A DNA stretch of 64,000 bases, taken from NCBI GenBank assembly GCA_040954595.2, contig CM082586.2:8401337-8465336 (forward strand), in the 5' to 3' direction. This document shows positions 29,201-41,200 of the stretch, piece by piece. Origin of the DNA: Balanoglossus misakiensis (Eukaryota; Animalia; Hemichordata). Position numbers and translations under genes: made by a program. Within the stretch, counting starts at the first letter, position 1; each line of letters starts with the position of its first letter. The notes beneath the pieces were generated by a model. That model had not been told where the DNA came from. It made no database searches and worked only from the letters and a program-made list of their open reading frames with translations.

Positions 29201-32200
29201 AAACATTGATTGGGTCCATTTTTGTTGCCAGAGGCAGGCAGTTTTTGATGTGAACAATTATCCAATCAGTAATGTCAATACGCACAGAAACGGTTTTCAC
29301 CGAATATCAATCATTTTTGTTGTAAATCAAAATTCGATATTCTAGTCTAAGTGTCATGTGACATTACTTGTCGTGAAGAGAACCAGCCAATCAGTGTTGA
29401 TGATACACACAGCTATCCACGTGACATAAAAAACAGCCAATCAGTATTGATGATACACACAGCTATCCATGTGACATAAGCCCTCACGACTAGCAAATGG
29501 TGTAACGATTTCGTCTCTTTTATCGCACGTGCCTGGAACAGTAGTAATATAAGATTATTAAAGCATTTTTTAAAATTAAACTGATTACAAGCCATCTTTT
29601 GCACACGTGAACGATAGCTATGTCATTCATTTTAGATGGCAGGTGTCTAAAATTAAATTAAAAAAACTAATTGAATCCAATCGTTTTCATGTGTGTACCT
29701 TCCGAGTTTATAGACAGCAACGTTTTGCCAATGCCTACAGGAATTTTCACGAAACTTAATTATTTTCACTGTCAATCAAAATTTGATGTTCCATTGTGTG
29801 GCATATAGATATTAATATGGTTCCAGCATTGTTTCTAAGAGAATTGTTATAACGCCATGCTGTTATGGCGCTTTGATGTTGCATCAAATAGTCTAAATAC
29901 CCGGGATTACTTTGAAAACAAATTCGGATATTTGTAACAGTTCGAAATACAGTCTCCCGAAAGAAAGGAATGGCGACGCGAGAAGTCACGTGAGCAGGTC
30001 CAGAGTTCCTTTTCGAGCTTACAAAAACGTGAGGGGGAGATTACTTGGGGAAAACAATTGCAACAATGATTTGCGTCGAATTATTCAAATATGTCGAGAT
30101 AGAAAGCCTTAAATTCCGCCTCGAACAACCTATCATATCTGTACAGTAAAACTCAAAAATATGTTCGAGCCTTGCATGCAAAATTTAATACTAAGATAAA
30201 GTGAAGGAAATGCCATGGTAGAAAAATTAACGAAGTTCTTCATACATATATCCATTTTTATTCCTTAAATTGTCACAAACCGACATCCCTTCTTCCAATC
30301 CTAAAATACATTTAAACAGTGCAATAAGGTCGTGTGTTCATTTAAAGTTTTACTAGAATACACACACGAATTCACGCACACACGTCACGAACAGACGCAA
30401 GCTCAAACCGATGTGTTTTTGAGTAGGGACCCTTGCATCTTGTGTACGCCCTATACTATTCTAGTTTTTATTTAAAATTTTAAACTCGTTTGACAATGGG
30501 AACTGCATTTAATGATGAATGCAGTCAGCCCTTTTTATCGGTCCAAATTTGTTCCTCAACCCCACCCAATCCTCTCTTCACAGTGAGTAATGACTCATTG
30601 ACACATGTTCAGGATTTGCAAATCAAAGATCTTTAATAATCAAATTTTAAAAAAATCAAATCAAACACACTACATGTTTCGTATTGTTATTCAAAAATGT
30701 AGCAGAGATGAACTGATTATAAAATCACTTGTTGGATATAAGACTTTCTAACTGACAAGCACAAAGATTGTACAAGCGTAATCAAATCAGACTTATTACA
30801 TGTTAAGTACTGTTATTCGAATAGGTAGCAAATATATGTACTGATAATAAAAACATTTGCAGGATAATACAGTTTCAAAATTATAAAATGTTGCAAGCAC
30901 AAATATTGTACCAACATACTAAAATAAAAACATATTACTTGTTTAGTACTGTTATTCAAATAGGTAGCAAATACATGTACTGATTAAAAAATCATTTGCA
31001 GGATAATACAGTTTTAAAAATTATAAAATGTTACAAGTGAAAATATTGTACCAACATACATCCTTGTTTATAAAGCAAACACCGTAAAATATACAAATTC
31101 TCAGAGGAATCAAAAGAAATATAAGAAAATGTGACAACCCACACAGATGTTTAACATTCTACCTGAAAAAAATCACTTGCCAACATTACTCTCAAATATA
31201 TATATATATAATTTTCATTATCAGAAGACTAACATTGACTTTTTAGTTTAAAAATTAATATTCAAAGTCAATATTCAGCAATTAATATTATCATTTGTTG
31301 CAATAAGCATTCTTTTTCATGGTGATCTAGTTCTGTTTAAACTTTAAAAAAGTCATGACACTTTAACTATAAAAAATAACAAAGCTTAGAATTTCTGGTT
31401 TCCATGGTTTCTAAGTATAATGGACTGATTCAATTTTGTCGGCAATATTGTTGTATTTTATCGTAGATTCTTGTTTTTATTGTGTTGCTATGGTTTTATG
31501 TCTTCACAACAAACACAGGAGGGCGTTTTTTATTGGCATATCTCGCCATTTTGATTTCCGTCCACACTTCACTCTCACTTCACTGAGCAAACACCTTCAC
31601 ATGTCCATACCCACTAGACACGATAACATTGCCAAATGGCTTGTCATCGGTCACACAGATACCTTGTGGATATTCTACCCTATCATCATCACTGTCAATG
31701 CGACCAATGAATTGACCACCTGACTCATACTTCATCACTCTGTGATTCCAGTAATCACACACGTACACATTGCCATCACTGTCATGTGATATCCCATAGG
31801 GGTATCTCATCTGATTATCACCTGACCCATAACTTCCAAAGCTGTACAGATATCCACCCTCAGCATCAAACACTTGAATACGGTGATTGTCATGATCTGA
31901 TACAAATACTTTCCCTGCAGCATCAATACTGACGCCTACAGGGAGGTGCATCTGACCTTGACTTTGACCTTGAGTGCCAAAAGACTTGTAATGATCACCA
32001 TTTTTGTTGTAGATGTGTACACAGTGACCCCAACAATCGATAACATAGACCCTCCCATTGACAGGATGTATCGCAATTCCGCGTGGGGATTTAATCACAC
32101 CTTTGCCGAAACAACGCATCACTCTACCATTCTCATCATGCACGATTACTTGCTCATCACTGTCATCACTAGTAAAGATACTTCCATCCTCTGATGCAGC

Positions 32201-35200
32201 TGAAAACATTGGACTAACTTTGTTTGAAATATTACAGAAAGTGGTTGTACATCTATGTTGGCCATGTTGTGTGAATGTCTGTAATCTATTATAATCACTA
32301 TCACATACCCTAACATTGCCATCCCTGGTTACCATGACTCCCCACGGAAAACTCAGCTGCCCTACTCCTGACCCTGACTTACCAAATTTACAAATCAATC
32401 CTTTCTGTGGAATAACATTGATTATAAGTGGTGACCCTTTGGCTGGTTTCTTGGATACCGACAATGAGACTTCATGATTTCCTGTCGTCTTGACACGAGT
32501 TTTCAAACTCCACGTTCCATCACCATTATTTGTTGTTTCCATGTCTTCTTGGCTGTCGTCTGGTTTCTTCAAGACTGCTTCTACGTGTACTCTTTCGTGC
32601 GCTACTTTTGTCTGCTTGACTTCCGTTGCTAGGGTGACGGTGATATCTTCATCAACTCTCGCAAATTCGGGAACATCAACCAGACTACAGTTATCAGCTG
32701 TGACACGGGATGTGGATATTACACCCACAGTTTTTAATCTACAGAAATCATCACATGGTTTAAACTCCATGTAGTCAGTCTCAGTCGGGTCAATTTTCGT
32801 CTCCATTCTCAGCAATTCTTCGATTTGAGTGGCAATCCCTTTCCTGGCTGACATCAACGTCAACTGCGCTGCATTCCCAAACTGCATCAGTTTCTCAGCA
32901 TACTCTCTTGCATTTGACATGTCACTCTCTGCAAACTCCAGTTCTTTCAGTTGTGCATTTAAGTTTACTTTCCTTTTATCGTATTCATCTTTCAGCTCTC
33001 CCAGAAGTTTGTCACCATTTTCACGAATCATGAGAGTGACGTCATCGATTGTTTTCTGGATGTGTTCTTTCATTCTCTTGTCCTCTGTCTGATAACAGCT
33101 GTCGAGAGATTCGGCCGTCTCCATGACTACGGCTTTACTTTGGCTGACTTCGTCTTCTTTCACTTTCACTTTGTCGATTACTTCTGTCAAATCTTTGCAG
33201 TATTCAGTTGCTGCGTCTTTCAAGTATTTGTATTTATGCTCGGGTCTGGGATGATCTATAGCCGTGCATTTGTGACAGATAGCTTTGCCACACGTGTCGC
33301 AGTAGAATTCGACTTCGTTGTTAGGGTGAGCAGAACAGTAGATCGGTGGCTGAACTGAAGCGAGGTCAGCGGACTTTGCAGACTCGAACTCTTGCAAGGT
33401 CATCAGACGGTGTGATTTTGTCACCTTCAATCGCGAATGTGGAACAGCGCAGACACTGCACATATCAACATCACACTCGATGCAATGCTTTGTAATCTCA
33501 TTCTGATCACAGCTCTCACATTTCCTGGACCTGTTGGTACCCTCTTCGCGTTTTCCAAACAGTTCCACCAATTCGTTGATGAATGCATTGTCACCGATAC
33601 CTGCCACGCCATTATCGGGAAGTTGGTATGAACGCCGACATATGGGACAGGCTATGACGCTACTTTGCTCTGCCAGCTTCCACAGACACGGCTCGCAGAA
33701 GTTGTGCAGACACGGTAGCTGTTTAGCATTCTTGTATCGCTCCGAGCAGATAGTACAGGAGAGAAAATTAGCGTCGATTTCCGCCAAGAAATTGAACTCT
33801 TTCGCTGCCATAGCTGGTGATGTGAGCTGAACGCCACTCTGTACCTGTGTGTACCAGTACAGAAATCGCGTGACGCAATTCCACGAAGTCTGGTGTAGTT
33901 CTCTGTATGTTTTACAATGTTTACTGAACGCGTATATGATAAACGCCGCCCTGTCCCATAGTGAACGAGCAATAGCGATGACCTCGTTTGAACATAGGGT
34001 GGACCACTTGATAACATGGGGAAGGGGTTTGGGAGATTGATTAGGCCTAGATAGCCTTATATTTTTGTTATGGTACCTTTGTATATCTGACACAGTATGT
34101 TCCAGAAAGTAATTTTGAAGGGTTCTGATCAAAGAACCATTGTAGATATGAACAATTTTTCGCCTGGAAAATGAATAAATGTGTTTCAGAAATTTAACGT
34201 TTGGCCTAAGAACAACTTTTATTTTTAATAAGTACATACATACATACATAAAGTGGACAGCAACGCAGTTGCAACCGTTACCTGGGCCTCCACTCAAACA
34301 CATTAACGTCGTTCAAGTTCAGCTATCTTTCACACACCCACCCACCCATTCTCTGCCTGTCTGTCTGTCTGTCTCTCTCTCTCGCACACAACATCCATCC
34401 ATCCATCCATCCATCCATACATACATACATACATACATACATCCATACATACATACATACATACATACATACACACCCACACACACACACACACACACAC
34501 ACAGACGATAATGATAATATTTGTTTTACATTTCCAGGAATACTCAGTATCCGTGTACCTGAGTATGAGATGGCAGGATGTGCGTCTGCGACACAATGAT
34601 ACAGAACCAATCGTTTTCAACTCGCCAGAGTTTATAAATGTTGTATGGAGACCTGACATATATTTTGATAATGAAAAGAGGGGAGAATATCACAAAGTGA
34701 CAACTGAAAACAGAGCGTTGGAGCTCAGGCCTGACGGACAAATCTCATATAGTCTCAGGTATTGAATGTGTGTATTTTCTTATAGCTGTTTTCAAGTGCC
34801 AGAATATCAGCAAGCTTATAAGTTCTATGTTTCCAAAACCGAACCTTGTGCATCTACGTATCAAAACATTTCACATCGCCGAAATTTTCCTTCAATGATA
34901 TTCCGATTGGCCTATTACTATAAGTGCTGCAGTGACTCTAGTGGAAAAGGCGCGGCAGCAAGCACTGTCATACATTTCTCGATGTTGGTACTTTGCACTC
35001 AACTGCTCCAACTATTATGAACAAAATATCTGCTCGGCAGTATCAGCGGTCGTCAATTACTCCAAAAGGTCAATGCGTGTTTGGTTGTGTTGAAGATTTG
35101 TTCGAAAAAGGCATGTTAGTTTTGGCTTTAACGTTTTGTCATAGTAACTACAAAACGTAACGGTACAGTAGGTTTTCGTAAAAAATGTATATTACCATCA

Positions 35201-38200
35201 AGCTTGGCCACATTATTACAAATTCCTGCATTCTCCATATCAATCTTTGCTACACGGCGACATATCCTATGCACCTGAAGTGACCGAGGGATTTCTTTGC
35301 GCCATTTGTCTTGCTATAGCTGTAGCGAATCCGGAAAAGTCAGATTATATGCATTGCGACTTGCGACATATATATTCGTCGCAGATGTAGTTTAGTCCAA
35401 CTATTGCTCATAACTCGTTCAGAATATAATCGTTTGTTTCCTTTTTAGACTTAGCCTGACACTGTCCTGCCAGATGAAGTTACGAAACTTCCCAATGGAT
35501 AAACACACATGCTCTATGGTGCTGCTAAGTTGTAAGTACAATACAATACAATACAATACAATACAATACAATACAATACAATACAATACAATACAATACA
35601 ATACAATACAATACAATACAATACAATACAATACAATACAATACAATACAATACGATACGATACGATACGATACGATACGATACGATACGACACGGTACA
35701 ATGCAATGCAATGCAATGCAATGCAATGCAATGCAATGCAATACAATACAATACAATACAATACAATACAATACAATACAATACAATACAATACAATACA
35801 ATACAATACAATACAATACAGTAGAGTACAATACTTGTTTATCTAACACAAGAACAACATTACATAAATAGAATATATTAATTATATATTTATATGTGTA
35901 TAAAATGCTGATGATCACTGTAACTCATCCACGAATGCTTGAGTCACACATTTACAGACTTGAATTTGACTTGTGTTAACTTTCCGCGTGGATTACTCAT
36001 TTGCAGATTAGTCAGCAGTTGACTACCGTTTCATAGGAAAGGTATTCTATATCGATTCGATCTTAATTTGTTAGATCTCCAGTGGTTTCATACTAGATGC
36101 AGTTCCTTGTCAGAGTTCCTAAAGCACGGAAACATGTCGACGAACACGATTCACACCATCACTAGTAATTTGGTGACATTTGCGTAATTAGTCCTAATAA
36201 TACAGAGTTCTGCACTAAATTTGATGAATTGTTTTCAAATACATTGTACAGTTTGGACTGTGAATATGTGCATATCATAATAAGTCAAGTGTCACTGTAT
36301 CAAATCTTATGAAAGTTGCTAGAGATTCTCTCCACACGTAGTTCGGACTCTATTAAGTGGCACATTGTGGTTTTTCAGCGATAAAATGTTAATCTGTATA
36401 TATTAGGAGCTTGAGTCAATAGTAATATAGTTCGTTTATTAGAATAGCACATTTCATTAAACTTTTTAACAGTTTTGATCTCACATACGTGTTACTCATA
36501 AACTGGCTCTTTTAGATGCCTATGATGCGGACAATGTGATACTTCGTTGGGATGATGACAGGGACGCTGTAACAATGTACCCGGATATTGAGATGCCACA
36601 GTTTACATTGACTCGTTTTGACTTCATCGAATCTATCGTTACGTATAAGCACAGTAAGTAAATGTATGAACAAAATTACATATATTTTCTTGTGAACATG
36701 CGGTGTTTATAACATGTTTTCTCTGCTGAGTTTATATATCCCATGTGATTTCAATATTTCAGACAGAATGTAACGGTTATACAATGGTGGTTGAAATAAT
36801 TTGATGTGAACAATTTGTCACCATTTAATATCTCTGAATTAGTTTATTGTCTCTTTGTTTGAAATATGAAATACAACTTCATTGAATTTGAACATGTACT
36901 TGGCATTCGCAAGATTTGAATATGAGAATTTTGACATGAATGTCCTATTAGGCTGTTGTGGACAAGAGCTCCACGTGCAGAAGGTACACTCACCGATATA
37001 ACAGCCTGAGTGTACATGTGTCTTTTTTCCTATAGGATTAGAAAACAAACTTCTACTATTGTTATTTTCACGAAATTTTACACATAGCTCAGTCAAGTAA
37101 ATATAAATTCACTGATCAAATAAAATCGTGTGGTCACCGCGATCTATTTTGAGATAAATTTCGTTAAATGTTTTGCCCATAGACAAACCATTGGTTAAAA
37201 ATGCTGAGTCAGCAGTTTTCTTCTATTATCGACCAAATTCATGGCTCTGTATTTCGAAAACAAGCGCGGTGACCCCTATATTTTATTACGGATTTTCATT
37301 ATACATGCACAGGATGAGCCTACCAAAAATCAACAATTAAAAGAAATGACAATACTTTCAATTTAACTGAACGTACATTAAATTTTTTTACTCTCCACAG
37401 TGAAAAACAAATCCTGCTTGGAAGTGTTCTTTTATCTGAAACGTGAGATGGGTTACTACATTTTGACTAATTTTATACCAAGTTCTCTCTTGGTTATTCT
37501 GTCATGGGTGTCGTTTTGGTTGCATCTGGATGCCACGGCAGCCCGTGTAGCACTGGGGATTACCACCGTTTTGACAACGGCAACGCAGCTCTCTATTGCA
37601 CGAGGGTCACTCCCAGAAGTTTCCTACCCAACGGTGAGTATTCCAAAAGGAAAGTCTCTCTCGCGCTTCCCTTTATCAATTAATTATGTTTGATACAAGA
37701 CGCCATTTATGTTAATGTGCATGTGGATATATAGCGAACGAACGTTAAACCACACACCTTCCATCCCGTAAACACGAGAGTGAAAAACTCGCCAAAATGA
37801 ATAATCGGTGTTTACCATTTATTCAATTTGGCGAGGTTTTTACTTTCATATCCTAAACTGAGGCGGGATTTCCTTTGTTGGGACTTGCCTGGTTAGGACT
37901 TTAGTGTTTGTAGCCTTCGCATCAGATAGCTCAGCGGTGATCTTAAACAGCCCCCTCATCATCAGCCTCTTGAATGCGTTCAAGATGGTGGCAATTAGAA
38001 CAGCGTCTTTTTCGCGTTCAGACAATTACCAATGAAATATCTTGGCAAATTGGCTTAATGAACTACTAATGTATGCTTATTTTTGCAAATTCAAATGGAT
38101 GAGTAAAATCCCCAATATTTACTCCAGATGCAGTATGTTAGCTGAAACGTTTGTTTAAAGGGAATCTAATTCAAACCATCAGTAGATGTCTGCAAAGCAA

Positions 38201-41200
38201 ACAGCAATGGTGACAGATGGTGAAACATGTTTCCGAAAATAAAATTGTAATACTCAAAATAGCTACAAACTGATAGAATTGGGAGAAGTAATATAAGAGA
38301 TTTATAGATATAGAGCAATGCAGAAAGAGCTACGTGGCGCGGAATACTGTTCAAATTTACACAATAGTCAAACCCAGCTGGCTACAATAGCGGATGGCAG
38401 ATAAGTCGTATGCATCGTAAAAGTTTTTGGAATCATACCATATTTGTTTAATTTAAAGGTATACAGTCAGCTTCAATTAAAGGTATACGGTCACCTATGC
38501 AAATTTAGCCACAGTTACCATGGTAAATTTAGATCTAGCCAATCACTGATTTTCAGTGGATGGCACACGCGAAAAAAAGAGCACTCAAATACGCCATTTC
38601 AGCCAAATATGGGCGTATGTAAATTGGAGGTGACTGTATACCTTTAACATACTCAGTCTGAAATTAACATGGCTGAAATGGCGTATTTGAGCGTTCTAAA
38701 GAACATATGGTGGCCTCTTTTTTCGCGTATGCCACTCACTGAAAATCTCTGATTGGCTAGATCTCAATTTGCCATGGTAACTATAGCTAATTTTCTATCG
38801 GTGACTGTATACCGTTAGTGTATTAACACAGGTCGACACAGAGGTCTAGAAATTGTGCAACATATTCAAGTCCAATATTGGTTCATGTTTGTAAAACAAG
38901 TTCACCTTGACCCCTATTAGTTGGAAATACATTGTATAGTGCTAACTGCATGTATATATTGGTTAAAATGCGAAATAGCTGTTAATTAATGTGACACTAA
39001 TAAGAGTTTCTTAATGTAGTTTATGAGGGTCTCAGCCAATCACGACACCGTATCTGTGACACTGTTGCACTGATTTAACATAATCACATTAAAAGTAATC
39101 ATTATTTTCTTGATACTTTCAATATTGAATATTGCTATTGATTTAAAATAGCTTCATACAAAACACGAACAGTAATCATTAATTTTGGTGCTTTCAGTTT
39201 TAAATATTTTAAACTGAAAGAGCTTCGTATAAGACAAGAACAATAGATCTGCAATTCTTTACGGTTGCTTTCAACTGTACGTAAGTGATGTTGTATTAAG
39301 TGGTCCTAATGCACGTATATACCTTTCTGATATCTGCACTGAATTTCGTCTACAGGCGATAGATGTATGGATGACATCGTGTATGTTTTTTGTGTTTGCT
39401 GCTTTAATCGAATTTGCTGCTGCAAATTACATCAACATCTACCCAAGAAATTACAGGAACATTCGCGATAACGGCGTGCTGAGTAGAAAAGAAGAATGCA
39501 ATACAGCCGTGGTAAGTGGAATTATTGTATGAATACAATTTCAATTTGCAGCATTGGTTTTTGTGGACAGAACTGAACGTGCGTGATTGCAATCGTTTTG
39601 GATATTTTGCATAACCGACTATTTCCATATTATCTCGTGACTGTGATCCTTATCGTTGGCGTAATGATTGATATGTCTAATAATGCCATTTCTTGCATGC
39701 CCCAAAATTCGGACACTTTCTTTTGTCTATTAGGGCCACGTGATTGGACATTGAGTCTGCGGCTGTGGGTGGGTCCTATTTAGCTGGTAATTAGGCGGTA
39801 AATCATTACAAACTATGTGGTCGTCACTCTGCATTTCAATGTACATGATGGCAAACAATTTTATCATTAGTTTTTATCACATATCCAACATACTTTAATA
39901 AAATCATAGTGTCCGAGTCTCCCTAAACATTGGGAATAATGCTGATGGTGCATGTGTGTTTATAAACAGAAAAGCCGCGCCTATAGAGTTCAGACCGACG
40001 ATCGACCCCCTCTTTAAATTGCGTCATAAATAAAGGTACCTGCATGTATACTGAATAACACCTCCCGAAATCAGCCGCTGAGGGCCCCAGGCACACATCA
40101 CAGTCAGTCCTCTACTGCAAATAGTGATTGTTTAGGCACAATGATGCGGGCAGTTTATTTGCACCACTTTTCTGTTTATAAACACACCATCTGCATTGTT
40201 CCCAAAGTTCACGAGACCCTGCCACGCTTGTACCATAGTAACTTATAGCAACCGTGATAAAGAATAACAGCCATATTGTTTGCAATGTTATTTGTAGCAG
40301 TTGCACTTACTTTGGTATCGTTTGGTGTCGTATTGGATCAATAGGCACCCTTCCTATTACAATTTTGAGAGTGGTGGTTCACCTGATAACAGCACACAAC
40401 ATATGAATGAACTTTATTTCACCAGAGATAATGTATATTAATATGTATAATACACAGAAGGTAAAAGAAAGATTGTTAACATATTTCCAATGTGGACCGT
40501 GGAAATAGTTTCGTGGAAACTAGTCTAGTCCATGACCCTTATTTCTGAACTAATTAATTATAAAAGATGTCAAAAGTTGTACAGCTCAAGTGTTGTAATA
40601 TTATAAATAAAATCAATAAATGTAAAAAAATGATCTGTTAAATAAGTAAATAAATAAATAAAGGTGAGTTGAAGGCTTTTGTAGAGAAGGAGTACATAGC
40701 AATGAGTTGACTGAATTGATAAGTTGTCACTGAAGTTGTAGCAGATATTATTTGAGTTCATTTAATGCTCGACAATGGAGTAAAAGAAATTAATTTGCAT
40801 TGTCAAAGTTTCTCAACTCAACGAACATAACACTAAGTCTAAATTTTAATGCGCCACCACACCTTTGATGCTAACTTCAACAACCATTTAAAATCTGGCA
40901 TGGACATATTCGGCAAACGAACCCAATGGCAATTATGTTTCATTCTTTTCATATTTGTTTCTATCTGTTACAGGAACTGACAGCATTTGGTCACAAGACA
41001 GAAGTTGTTAATGACGGAAAGTATGTCTGTATTCAAAAACAAGGGGACGTTGAAGCCTCCGAACCATTTGTTAGAAGCATGTCACCCAATATCCGGTCAT
41101 TCACAGAAATGGCCAAGACAATCGATCGCTGCTCAAGAGTTGTTTTCCCTGTCATGTTTATTATCTTCAATATTTGCTACTGGGGTACTTATTCCAAGGC

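Noticed and set aside
29383-29480. 52-bp tandem repeat with CCAAT/E-box motifs; also ~75-bp tandem at 46117-46255
   Set aside because: Only two copies and no spacers; local duplications, not CRISPR-like
33812-34303. 164-aa N-terminal extension of the 907-aa TRIM ORF
   Set aside because: Non-ATG start and no domain-like content; RING proteins of this type start shortly before the RING (ATG 33811)
35419-35918. YCIVL/NTIQY repeat ORFs (also the ORFs at 34323-34659 and 49107-49418)
   Set aside because: Translations of microsatellites
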